Shown here: one piece after another, positions 45,515 through 54,805 of the stretch
Layout of the letters: each line of letters starts with the position of its first letter
Position numbering within the stretch: the first letter of the stretch is position 1
Assembly (NCBI GenBank): GCA_041687015.1
Contig: JAWLCT010000002.1
Location: forward strand, 64,073 to 128,072
From: Gammaproteobacteria bacterium
Lineage (GTDB): Bacteria; Pseudomonadota; Gammaproteobacteria; Thiohalomonadales; Thiohalomonadaceae
DNA: 64,000 bases
Direction: 5' to 3'
The notes under the pieces: model-generated
What the model was told of the DNA's origin: nothing
Database searches by the model: none
What the model saw: the letters and a program-made list of their open reading frames with translations, nothing else
Translations under genes and position numbers: made by a program

Positions 45515-46561
45515 ATGCTTAAGGGGTTCTTGCTCGCGGCGGCGTTCGCCATGGTGCCCACGGCCATGGCAGCACCGGACGGCGCCCGGCTCTACAGTCA
45601 ACACTGTGCGGCCTGCCATGGCCTGCATGGAGAGGGCGGTGTGGGTGTGCCCCTCGCGCTGCCCGATTTTCTCTCCACCGCGGATGACGATTTCCTGCGC
45701 AAGACCCTGCGCAATGGCAGGCCGGGCCGCGTGATGCCCGCCTTCCGCTCCCTCAGCGACACCGAGGTGGACGCCCTGGTGGCGCACCTGCGCAGCTTCG
45801 CCAAGCCCGGCGCACCGGCGCCCCGCAAACTGTCCACCCAATCCGTGCAGGGGAACGCGACGCGCGGCGGTGAACTGTTCGCCACCCACTGCGCCAGTTG
45901 CCACGGGGCCAACGGCGAAGGCGGCCATGGCACGGGGGTGACCTTCTCGCGCCCGCGCAACCTGCCCATCATGCCGCCCGCGCTGAACAATCCCGGCTTC
46001 CTGGCGGCCGCCTCGGACGCGATGATCAAGGCGACGCTCATGCGCGGGCGCGAGGGCACGCCCATGATTTCCTATCTGGACCAGGGCCTGTCCGAACAGG
46101 ACATCGACGATATCGTCGCCTTCGTGCGCAGCTTCGAACAGCGCGCGCCCGCGAAAATCCGCGCGCCCGTGGACGAGCCCATGTTCCTGGAAGCCGAGTC
46201 GTCCTATTCCCTCGAGGAGACGGTCGAAAACGTCAAGCGGGCGGCGATTGGCAAAAACTTCCGCATCATCCGCGAACAAAGCCTGGAGCACGGCTTCTTC
46301 CCCGAGGACCAGGAGAATGCCAAGCAGGTCATCGTCTATTTCTGTAATTTCAATTTCATCAACCAGGCGCTCAGCCTCGACCCGCGCGTTGGCCTGTTCC
46401 TGCCCTGCCGCGTCACCGTGGTGGAGCAGGACGGGGTGGTAAAAGTGCTGAGCATCAATCCCAAGCACCTTTCCGCGCTGTACAACAACCGGGAGCTCGA
46501 TGAAGCCTGCGATCAGATGACCGAACTGTACGAAGGCATCCTGGAGGAGGCGACGCTATGA
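45515..46561 (+). CDS. Dihaem cytochrome c fused to a DUF302 domain
   Basis: Signal peptide MLKGFLLAAAFAMVPTAMA. Two class-I modules (CAACHG...M, CASCHG...M). The C-terminal 130 aa resemble DUF302 (VIVYFCNFNFINQAL...PCRVTVVEQDG). GGGAGGGA RBS. Confidence 0.8.
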   Translation: MLKGFLLAAAFAMVPTAMAAPDGARLYSQHCAACHGLHGEGGVGVPLALPDFLSTADDDFLRKTLRNGRPGRVMPAFRSLSDTEVDALVAHLRSFAKPGAPAPRKLSTQSVQGNATRGGELFATHCASCHGANGEGGHGTGVTFSRPRNLPIMPPALNNPGFLAAASDAMIKATLMRGREGTPMISYLDQGLSEQDIDDIVAFVRSFEQRAPAKIRAPVDEPMFLEAESSYSLEETVENVKRAAIGKNFRIIREQSLEHGFFPEDQENAKQVIVYFCNFNFINQALSLDPRVGLFLPCRVTVVEQDGVVKVLSINPKHLSALYNNRELDEACDQMTELYEGILEEATL

Positions 46562-47007
46562 GATTGCCACGGCTGCTAGCCTTTGCAGGCCTGTTGCTCG
46601 CCTCCGTCGCCCATGGCGAGCAACTGTTCATGGCGCGCTCGCCGCTGTCCTTCCCCGAGACCATGCTGGCCTTGCAGGATGCCATCACCACCCAGGGCTA
46701 CACGCTCTCCCGTGTGCAACACGTGGACGTGGGGCTGACGGAGATGGGTTTCACCACCGACAAGTACCGCATCGTATTCTTCGGCAAGCCCGAGGAGATC
46801 CGCACCTTGTCGGCCCGTTACCCGCAGCTCGTCCCCTATCTGCCGCTGCAGGTGACCATTTTCGCCGAAGGTGAGGAAACGCTGGTGGTCGGCGCCGATC
46901 CGCTCATGCTTCAGCGTCTCGTGCCGGACCCGGCCATGCAGCCCGTATTTGCACGTTGGCACGGCGCGCTGGTCGCCATCATGGAAAGCCTGCGGCAACT
47001 GAGATAG
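46558..47007 (+). CDS. Secreted DUF302 domain protein
   Basis: Signal peptide MRLPRLLAFAGLLLASVAHG. DUF302 pattern (YRIVFFGKPE...LPLQVTIFAEGEET). The ATG overlaps the upstream stop (ATGA). Confidence 0.8.
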   Translation: MRLPRLLAFAGLLLASVAHGEQLFMARSPLSFPETMLALQDAITTQGYTLSRVQHVDVGLTEMGFTTDKYRIVFFGKPEEIRTLSARYPQLVPYLPLQVTIFAEGEETLVVGADPLMLQRLVPDPAMQPVFARWHGALVAIMESLRQLR

Positions 47008-47034
47008 CGCCGCGCAGCGGCTCCGGGTGACAGA

Positions 47035-49881
47035 TCAGCTTTTCAGGGACTGATTGAGCTTTTCCTCAATCCTGTGCTTGTAGCTGAGGAAGTGAATGGT
47101 CTGGATGCGGCCCACGCCCTCTTCGCCGAGCACCGCCGGTGACATGGAAATGTCGGTGATGTAGATGGGGTAGGCCTGACGTCCGCGGCGCAGTTCGAGC
47201 ATGTAGTTGGCCACTTCATCCAACGTCTTCCCGCCACTTTCCGGTGAACAGAACTCCCGTCCATTGCAGTAGATGGAAAAGGTGGTGCGGCTCAGTTCGT
47301 CCACGTCCACGATAACCTGCAGGCTGATGAATTGATCGCCGGACGGGCTGAAGCGCGGTCGCTGACGCACCACCCGCAAACGGCCACCGTTGTCGTTGTC
47401 CACCTGGAAAAACTCCAACCCTTCCGCACCTGACACGCTGCGGCCGTCCTGCATCTGAAATTTCACGCGGTTGAGTACGGCCTCGAAGAAATGGCTGTAC
47501 TGGCCGAGCAGCGCGTCAGCATCGTGGAACGGTGAGCGCCGGTAAAACAGTGAACCGCGTTCGTCCAGCACGTAGACATCCACCTGCGCACCCTGCACGC
47601 GATAGAACAACTGCACGATGCCCGGCCGGTTGTAACTGAACACCAGCGGCAGCACTTTATCCGCCTGAACGTGGCTGTCGAACACCACCGGGCTGAATTC
47701 CTTTTGCGGGGCACCCAAATAGCGCAGCAGTGCGGATTGATTGTCCAGAATCTGGTAGTGAGGCAGATCCCCGTCGAAGCTGAGCACGAAAAATCCGTGT
47801 TCCACCTGGACGACGTAGCGCGTCGCGGCGGGCTGACGACCGGTGTAGTAGCAATCGATCACCTCGCGGAACAACGCCTCAGCGCGTCGGGCGATGGCAT
47901 TGCCCTTGGTCGGGCTGTAACTCGCCACGGTGGGCACCACCGGTGCCCGCCCGCTGGAGAGCGGCACCCACTTGAGGTACTCGCACAGGCAGTCCATCAG
48001 CCCCTTGGCGCCGCTGAAGTGGTAGGTGAGCACTTCCTGCCAGGTGGTCACCACCACCTGATCGACGGTATGCACCAGGTTTTCCCCCAGGCCACCGTAG
48101 CTGAGCGCATCGGAGCGGCCACTGGCGATGCGCCCTTCCGCGTGCTCGCTGCGTGCGAGCGGATCGAGTCCCGCGTTGATGAACAGAGTGGTGTGCACCA
48201 CCTGTGCCGGTTCGGCGAAGTCGGACACGCCGCCGAAAGCGCTCGCCCGATCGGGAAAGACTGCATGCATGCGCCCGATCATGGCCTTGAGTTCACCCGT
48301 GGTGAGACGGCTTTGCCGGGCGAACACCACCACGTGCGTGGACTTGTCGATCACCCGGTTGAAATAGCACCAGGCGACCATTTCTGTGACATAGCGGAAC
48401 CGCTTGACCGGCGTGTGCTCGAAGGCGTCCTCGGGCCTGACCGCGCCCTGGAACAGTACCCAGCTGCTGAGGCCCTGGGTGTCGTCGATGACTTCGTGCA
48501 CGGTGAGTTGCCGTTCCACCAGATTCGTGGCGAAACCGCGCCCGAGCAGATCCACTTTGCCGGCCTTGCGCTCAAAGGCGGAATAAAGCTTGCGACCGAG
48601 GATGTTGAGATCCCGCTGGCTGATAAGGGCCGAGCCGGCATAGCGGCGTGCGAAACCCGAGAGAAAGCGATAGCTTTCCGACAGGGCCTCGAACAGCACG
48701 CGCCGCTCCTCGGTGATCTTGTCCACCTTCCAGGTGTGGCGGCTGTCCAGCACGAACAATTCCGCTCGGGACCAGCCCCATTCACGCGCCCGTCTGCCGA
48801 GCAAGCCTCGCCGCCAGCGCGCTGCCGCGGGCTCATCATCGGAGAGATTTTCGTCCACCTTGAAGTAGAAACAGCGCCTGGCCAGGTTCAGGCGTTCACT
48901 CTCGCCACGCCCCTTCAGGTACTCCTCTACCTTGTCGAGCATCATCAGGTATGGATCGAGGCGATCCGGATCGACGTGACCGTGATAGACGGCGTGCTTG
49001 AAGCGCATGCTGAGCAGATCGAGATACGGGTACTCCCGTGCATAGCATTCGAGCAGTAACAGCTTGAGCACGGATTTGTAAGGCGAATCGATGCCCTTGT
49101 AGAGCTGCCACACGGCCGCGCCAAGGAACTCTTCCGCCGGCACATGGCCGAGTCCGCCGAAGTCGATGAGATCCCGGGCATGCAGATAACGCTGGTGGCG
49201 GATCTCTTCCACATAGTGGTCGTAGGCCACCTCCTGATCGGGCGGCACCAGCCACCAGATGGGGTACATGCCGGCCACCCGCAAACTGGTGCGGTAGAAC
49301 TCGTCCAGCAACAGGCGCTGCTGGGCCGAACCACTGCTCTCGTCGGAAAGGGCCTCGGTCTCGCCACGCCGGAACTGGTCCGGGTGCACCAGAAAGATAT
49401 GCACTTTCAGGTCGAGACCGGCGGCCCAGCTTTGCACGGCCTCCGCCTTGTCACGCAAGGAACGGAGCTGTCGCTCGTCGAGGGCGGGGGCGTGACAAAG
49501 CCACACGTCGAAGTCGCTGTCCCCGGAATAGGCGACGCTTCCCGGGCTGCCCATGAGGTAGATGGCCTGAATGGTCAGGTGGCGATGCACGTGTCGGCTG
49601 AAGTGGAATGCGCGGCCCAGGCGCGTCACCGCCTCCATCGCCGCAGTGTCGGGGGCGTAGCCGAACACCCCGGCCGGGCAGTCCTTGGCGTTGTAGCCGG
49701 GGAGCAGCGGGTGGTTGATGTGAAAGAACAGGGGCAGCAGGTCGAGGAAATCCCGCTGGCGCGGGCGCAGGGCATCGCGGGTGCGCGCGAGCCTTGCGTC
49801 GTTCAGGCTGATGAAACGCTTCAGGATACCCGCGAAATCGTGTTCGTCAGCCAGCTCGGTAATGGGAGGATTCAGCGTCAT
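47035..49881 (-). CDS. cyaA: Class I adenylate cyclase
   Basis: 948 aa. RFISLNDARL..RQRDFLDLLPLFFHINHPLLPGY, GSPGSVAYSGDSDFDVWLCH. Located near cyaY as in enterobacteria. Confidence 0.92.
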   Translation of the reverse strand: MTLNPPITELADEHDFAGILKRFISLNDARLARTRDALRPRQRDFLDLLPLFFHINHPLLPGYNAKDCPAGVFGYAPDTAAMEAVTRLGRAFHFSRHVHRHLTIQAIYLMGSPGSVAYSGDSDFDVWLCHAPALDERQLRSLRDKAEAVQSWAAGLDLKVHIFLVHPDQFRRGETEALSDESSGSAQQRLLLDEFYRTSLRVAGMYPIWWLVPPDQEVAYDHYVEEIRHQRYLHARDLIDFGGLGHVPAEEFLGAAVWQLYKGIDSPYKSVLKLLLLECYAREYPYLDLLSMRFKHAVYHGHVDPDRLDPYLMMLDKVEEYLKGRGESERLNLARRCFYFKVDENLSDDEPAAARWRRGLLGRRAREWGWSRAELFVLDSRHTWKVDKITEERRVLFEALSESYRFLSGFARRYAGSALISQRDLNILGRKLYSAFERKAGKVDLLGRGFATNLVERQLTVHEVIDDTQGLSSWVLFQGAVRPEDAFEHTPVKRFRYVTEMVAWCYFNRVIDKSTHVVVFARQSRLTTGELKAMIGRMHAVFPDRASAFGGVSDFAEPAQVVHTTLFINAGLDPLARSEHAEGRIASGRSDALSYGGLGENLVHTVDQVVVTTWQEVLTYHFSGAKGLMDCLCEYLKWVPLSSGRAPVVPTVASYSPTKGNAIARRAEALFREVIDCYYTGRQPAATRYVVQVEHGFFVLSFDGDLPHYQILDNQSALLRYLGAPQKEFSPVVFDSHVQADKVLPLVFSYNRPGIVQLFYRVQGAQVDVYVLDERGSLFYRRSPFHDADALLGQYSHFFEAVLNRVKFQMQDGRSVSGAEGLEFFQVDNDNGGRLRVVRQRPRFSPSGDQFISLQVIVDVDELSRTTFSIYCNGREFCSPESGGKTLDEVANYMLELRRGRQAYPIYITDISMSPAVLGEEGVGRIQTIHFLSYKHRIEEKLNQSLKS

Positions 49882-49938
49882 GGGGCCCGCTCGTCTCCGC
49901 CCCTCGGGGAGACCGTTTTACAGAAAGAGAGTCTTTCG

Positions 49939-50184
49939 CTAAGGATTCACCGGATCACAGGAACCGATGCGCACCCACACGCCCGCCTCACACCGCAGCA
50001 GTTCATCGCCGCTGCACACGTAGGCCTTCTCTGCATACTCCACGTCGTTGAACCAACACACGGGTGTCTCCGGGACTTCCTGGCCACGCACGTCGTAGTC
50101 GTAATCCGAATCCTCGACCACCAGGGAGTTGCGCATCTCGGGGTCCGGGGCGCCCACCTGTACCGCATGCACGCGTTCGCTCAT
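49939..50184 (-). CDS. Hypothetical small acidic protein (81 aa)
   Basis: AAGGAGAA RBS before the ATG at 50184. MSERVHAVQVGAPDPEMRNSLVVEDSDYDYDVRG... with four Cys near the C-terminus. No family recognised. Confidence 0.45.
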   Translation of the reverse strand: MSERVHAVQVGAPDPEMRNSLVVEDSDYDYDVRGQEVPETPVCWFNDVEYAEKAYVCSGDELLRCEAGVWVRIGSCDPVNP

Positions 50185-50304
50185 GTCTTGTTCTCCTTGC
50201 CTTGCCGAGCGGGTGAGACAGTACACTAGCATACCGCCCGAGGCGTGCCGGTGCTTTCAGGAGCAGGGGCCGCCGGCCAGGACACCCCCGCAGCACTGAA
50301 CCGG

Positions 50305-50793
50305 ATGCGCACCATGAATGACCGCTGGCTACAGATTAAGGGCGACCCCTCGGTGCGCCGCTTCCTTTTCGACCAGACGCGACAGCCCAGCCTGTTCGAC
50401 GAGCGCATCGATGCGCTGGTGGATACGGTAGAGGCCCTGCTCAACCTGCGCGGAGTATTCCACGCGAAGATCCATTTCTCCAGTAACCAGCTCACCTGTT
50501 GGCTCTTTAACGATCCTTACCGCTATCGGGTGTTCGTAGGCGAGGAAATTTTCAGACCCGATTTCCTCGACCCGTTCGAATCGGCGGTTGCGCTGGAGCG
50601 CCCCGTCATCCCGGCCGAGGCGATAAGGCCCATCCTGTTGGATTTCAAACGCCTGCGCATCAAGGATGACACGGTTTACCTGCGCAACGCCTCCATCAAC
50701 CGCATCAACGGCATGATAGGCATGACCTTTTCGTGTGACGGAAGCCACTACGTCCCCTATGCGGAGTTCGCCGAAACGGTCGCCCAGTTCTGA
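50305..50793 (+). CDS. Hypothetical protein
   Basis: ORF with non-repetitive composition (MRTMNDRWLQIKGDPSVRRFLFDQ...). Start uncertain (50245, 50305 or 50314). No family recognised. Confidence 0.42.
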   Translation: MRTMNDRWLQIKGDPSVRRFLFDQTRQPSLFDERIDALVDTVEALLNLRGVFHAKIHFSSNQLTCWLFNDPYRYRVFVGEEIFRPDFLDPFESAVALERPVIPAEAIRPILLDFKRLRIKDDTVYLRNASINRINGMIGMTFSCDGSHYVPYAEFAETVAQF

Positions 50794-50927
50794 TACCGGG
50801 CCCCGTAACCACGCTACCGGTGCAGCCCCCGTGCAAGCTTGCGCTCCCGACCGGCCTGACTAGTATCGATGCAATGAAGCTGTCCTTCACGGAATGAAGG
50901 GGGCACCGCACTGGTGCAGGAGCACGG

Positions 50928-52157
50928 ATGAGACGGTTGCGAACCACTGCACGGGGCCCGCTTGGCATCATTTTTTTCGGCGAGGACTGGGGGCGGCACA
51001 ACAGCACGGGGCAGTATCTCGCCCGTGAACTGTCGCGGCGCCATCCCGTGCTTTGGGTGGATTCCCTTGGCCTGCGCACGCCGCGCCTGAATCTCACCGA
51101 CCTGTCCCGCATGGCAGGGAAACTGGCACGCCTGTTCCGCAGGCGTTCGCGCCCCACACCGCACACCGGCGCCATCCGCGTGGTCACCCCGCTGGTCATT
51201 CCGTTTTACCGATCCCGATGGGTGAGGCGTCTCAACCGATTACTGCTCCAGCGCTTGCTCGCAAAGGAACGCCGGGCGTCCGGCCTGGCACGCGTGGTGG
51301 TCATCACCGCCTGCCCGGCCACGGCCGACATCGTCGGCTGCCTGGGTTCGGAAGCCACGGTCTACTACTGTGCCGATGAGTATGCGGAGCAACCGGGTGT
51401 CGATGCCGACCTGGTGCGTGAACTGGAGCGCGCACTGCTGCGCCACGTGGACGTGGTGGTCGCCAGCGCCCGGCACCTGGCGGCGCGCAAGGCACAGCAC
51501 CATCCAAACGTGCGCTATCTCCCCCACGGCGTACATTACGAACACTTTGCGCGCGCCGCCGACGGGACGCTGCCGTGCCCCGCGGACATACGGGACATAC
51601 CACGGCCCCGGCTGGGGTTCGTGGGCCTGCTCGGCGAACACGTGGATTTCGCGGCCATCGATCACCTTGCCCGGGAACTGCCCGATGCCAGCCTGGTGCT
51701 GGTGGGCCCGGTGGAGGACGCCTGCGTGGCCCGGCTGCCCCGGCGCGACAACATCCACTACCTGGGACCGCGGCCCCATGAGGCCATTCCGCACTACCTG
51801 GCGCACTTCGATGTTTGCCTGTTGCCCTGGCTGAACAACGAACGCAACCGCAACGCAAACCCCACCAAGCTGCGCGAGTATCTGGCGGCCGGCTGTCAGG
51901 TCGTCACCACGCCCGTCTCGGAAACGGAACCGTTGTCACACCTGCTGCGCACGGCCGAAGACCCGGCGGCGTGGGTGACGCAAACCCGGGCGGCCCTGCA
52001 GGCGGCCGACACCGTTGATCGCGCAGCCGTGTCCCGGCACATGGCGGATGCCACCTGGCGACATCGGGCCGAAGAGATGTGGGCGATCATCGCCGCCGTG
52101 TGCCGTGCGCGCGACGAGGAAACCACGCTGATCACCTTACTGGAGCAGGGAGGATGA
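50928..52157 (+). CDS. Glycosyltransferase (GT-B fold, GT1/GT4-like)
   Basis: N-terminal FFGEDWGRHNSTGQYLAREL. C-terminal donor-binding region NANPTKLREYLAAGCQVVTT. AGGAG RBS. Confidence 0.78.
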   Translation: MRRLRTTARGPLGIIFFGEDWGRHNSTGQYLARELSRRHPVLWVDSLGLRTPRLNLTDLSRMAGKLARLFRRRSRPTPHTGAIRVVTPLVIPFYRSRWVRRLNRLLLQRLLAKERRASGLARVVVITACPATADIVGCLGSEATVYYCADEYAEQPGVDADLVRELERALLRHVDVVVASARHLAARKAQHHPNVRYLPHGVHYEHFARAADGTLPCPADIRDIPRPRLGFVGLLGEHVDFAAIDHLARELPDASLVLVGPVEDACVARLPRRDNIHYLGPRPHEAIPHYLAHFDVCLLPWLNNERNRNANPTKLREYLAAGCQVVTTPVSETEPLSHLLRTAEDPAAWVTQTRAALQAADTVDRAAVSRHMADATWRHRAEEMWAIIAAVCRARDEETTLITLLEQGG

Positions 52158-53539
52158 GCATGCGCGGTCATCCGCCGCACCCGCGAACCAAAGACCGTCA
52201 ACCCCGCCCCCGCAGGGGGATCGGGGCAGCGCCCGCCGCGTCCATGGAAGCCGCTGTTCCTCGCCCCGCGGGCCTGCATGCCCGTCTGGCCGCGGCGCGG
52301 GCCAACGCCCTGCATCCGATGGCTTACGGCACCGTACTGCTCATCCTGGTCGCCGTCGGCCGGGCGCCGGAACTGGTGCCCTGGCTCGCCCCCTTGCAAC
52401 CCGGCAACGTCGCCGTGGTGCTTGCGGTACTGGCGTTGATGTTCGGCCGCCGCTTGTCCGTGCCCGTGCTCGCCACCCCCATGGGTCGGCTGATGATGGC
52501 CTTCTGTGCGCTGGCGACCGCCAGCGTGGCCTTTTCCGTCTGGGGCTCCCACAGCCTGCAAGTGCTGGTCTCGGGCTTCGCCGCGGCGGTCTTGCTGTTT
52601 TATCTGGCGGCGAAGAGTGCAGGTTCACCGGCCAACTTCCACCTGTATCTGGGGAGCCTCATGGCTGCCGCCGTGATGCTGGCGGTGGGCGCCCTGTTGC
52701 TCAAGACCGATGCCCGGGCGGAGCTCACGACCATGTACGACCCGAACGACCTCGCCCTGGTGCTGGTAACGTGCCTGCCCCTCGCAGCGGTGTGGGTGTT
52801 CGCCACTGCCCACGTGAAGAGCCGCTGGTGGTATCTGGGTCTTACCATGCTGCTCACCGTGGGCGTCCTCGCCACCGGCTCGCGTGGCGGTTTTCTGGGC
52901 CTCATGGCCGTGACCGGTTTTCTGTTGTTCAAGGAGATGCCCAGCAACGGCCGGTTCAGATTCGCCACCAAGATACTGGTCCTGCTGGTGGTGGCCGCCA
53001 TCGCCCTGAGCCTCACCCACGAAATGGTGTGGCAGCGCCTGGCGACACTCGCCAACCTGGAAAACGACTACAACATCGCCTCGGACCGCGGGCGCCTCGC
53101 CATCTGGGGCCGGGCCTTGCAGACCATTGCCGAACGGCCGTGGGGTGTGGGGCTTGCGGCCTTCAGTGCCGCGGAAGGCATGGGCGGCGGCAACTACCAG
53201 GAGGCCCATAACGCGCTGATCCAGATCGGTGCCGAGCTGGGCATCCTCGGCGTGCTGGTCTACCTCGGTTTCTACTGGCACGCCTTCCGTTCGTTGTCGA
53301 AAGGCTATCGGTCCGAACCGCAGCCCGCCGATCCGCAGGTGCTTGCGCAGCGGCAGGAACTCACGGTGTATGCACTGGCCTTGCGTGCTGCGCTGGTGGG
53401 CTTTTTCGTTACCAGTTTCTTCCTGTCCAAGGCCTATTCGCCGTTGTTCTTCCTGCTGCTGGGCTTGTCCGTGGCCACCTCGCTGCGGCAACAGGCCCTC
53501 GACGCCCCCTTGCCAGAGCATCCGCGGAAGGGGAAGTGA
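52154..53539 (+). CDS. O-antigen ligase/polymerase-like (Wzy_C) membrane protein
   Basis: About 10 TM helices and a large loop with TGSRGGFLGL...EAHNALIQIGAELGILG. The ATG overlaps the upstream stop (ATGA). Confidence 0.8.
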   Translation: MSMRGHPPHPRTKDRQPRPRRGIGAAPAASMEAAVPRPAGLHARLAAARANALHPMAYGTVLLILVAVGRAPELVPWLAPLQPGNVAVVLAVLALMFGRRLSVPVLATPMGRLMMAFCALATASVAFSVWGSHSLQVLVSGFAAAVLLFYLAAKSAGSPANFHLYLGSLMAAAVMLAVGALLLKTDARAELTTMYDPNDLALVLVTCLPLAAVWVFATAHVKSRWWYLGLTMLLTVGVLATGSRGGFLGLMAVTGFLLFKEMPSNGRFRFATKILVLLVVAAIALSLTHEMVWQRLATLANLENDYNIASDRGRLAIWGRALQTIAERPWGVGLAAFSAAEGMGGGNYQEAHNALIQIGAELGILGVLVYLGFYWHAFRSLSKGYRSEPQPADPQVLAQRQELTVYALALRAALVGFFVTSFFLSKAYSPLFFLLLGLSVATSLRQQALDAPLPEHPRKGK

Positions 53540-54805
53540 ATGGGCCCGGTCCACGCCGCACCCGGCACACGGCGGGTGCTGATGCTGTGTTACTACTATC
53601 CGCCCATCAACACCTCGGGCACCGCCCGCGCGGTGCGTTTCGCCACCCATCTGCCGGACACGGGCTGGCTGCCCACGGTGCTTTCGGTTCACCGCCCCCG
53701 GGACAGTTGGGGCATCGTGGACATGGAAAGCACCGTGCCGCCGGACATCCCGGTGGTCCGCGCCCCCGAACTGAACCTCACCCGACCCGTGGACCTGCTG
53801 GACGCCGCCATCAACCGGCTCACGCGCCGGCGCGGCGTGCTGGCGCGGGAAACCTTATGCATCCCCGATCCGCAGATCGGCTGGACCGCCTGGGCGCGGG
53901 GCATCGCCCTGGCGCGTGCGCACGATTGCCTCTACGCCAGTTGTTCCCCCTTCAGCACGGCGGTGGCCGCGGCCTGGCTGAAGCGGATCACCGGCACACC
54001 GCTGGTGCTCGACTTCCGCGATGCCTGGACCCTCAACCCCTATCACCGGCACACGCGCTTTCACAACGCCGCCATCGCGCGGCTCGAACGCTGGGTCCTC
54101 GGCCTGTGCGACCGCCTGATCCTGAACACCGAGGGCAGTCTGCGCCGCTACCAGGCAGCCTACCCGGAACACGCGGCGAAGATGGTGTGCATTCCCAACG
54201 GCTTCGAGCGTCCCAACCTGCCGGAACAACCGCCGCCGGCGGATCGCTTCACCGTCATGCACGTGGGCTCGCTGTACGGCAACCGCAGCCCGGAGCTGCT
54301 CCTCAACGCCCTGGCGCACCTGCCGCAGCAACAGGTGGAATTCGTCCAGCTGGGACAGCATCCGGAGGCGCTCGCGCGCTACCCGGGCCCGGTGCGGGTG
54401 CGCCTGCTCGGCACCCTGCCTCGCACCGAGGCCCTCGCCCAGATGCGCAGCGCATCGCTCCTGTATCTGAAGCAGGGTTGGACCGAACGCCCGGAGGACA
54501 ATATCGCGGTCGCCGCGAAGACCTACGATTACCTGGCCACCGGCCTGCCCGTACTCGCCGAATGTCCGCCGGGTGACAACGCCGACCTGGTGCGCCGCTA
54601 CGCCTCGCGCCCTTATCTGGTCACCGAGGACTCGCCGCACGCGATGCTGGCGGCACTCAACGCGGCCTATGAACAGCGCACCGAGCCGCCCGGGATCAAG
54701 GAGGCGTTCCTGCGCGATTTCAGTCCGCAGCACCTTACGGCGCGCCTGGGGCTGGTGCTGTCGGAAGCGCTCAGCGAGCCCGGCGTCAGGAGAGGCGCAT
54801 GTTGA
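53540..54805 (+). CDS. Glycosyltransferase (GT-B fold, GT4-like)
   Basis: RVLMLCYYYPPINTSGTARAVRFATHL..., with a later donor-binding half (KTYDYLATGLPVLA). Confidence 0.78.
   Translation: MGPVHAAPGTRRVLMLCYYYPPINTSGTARAVRFATHLPDTGWLPTVLSVHRPRDSWGIVDMESTVPPDIPVVRAPELNLTRPVDLLDAAINRLTRRRGVLARETLCIPDPQIGWTAWARGIALARAHDCLYASCSPFSTAVAAAWLKRITGTPLVLDFRDAWTLNPYHRHTRFHNAAIARLERWVLGLCDRLILNTEGSLRRYQAAYPEHAAKMVCIPNGFERPNLPEQPPPADRFTVMHVGSLYGNRSPELLLNALAHLPQQQVEFVQLGQHPEALARYPGPVRVRLLGTLPRTEALAQMRSASLLYLKQGWTERPEDNIAVAAKTYDYLATGLPVLAECPPGDNADLVRRYASRPYLVTEDSPHAMLAALNAAYEQRTEPPGIKEAFLRDFSPQHLTARLGLVLSEALSEPGVRRGAC

Noticed and set aside
47671-50229. ORFs of 462 aa and 361 aa on the plus strand, antisense to cyaA.
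   Set aside because: The minus-strand frame is an uninterrupted class I adenylate cyclase. The antisense products have no motifs and a skewed composition.
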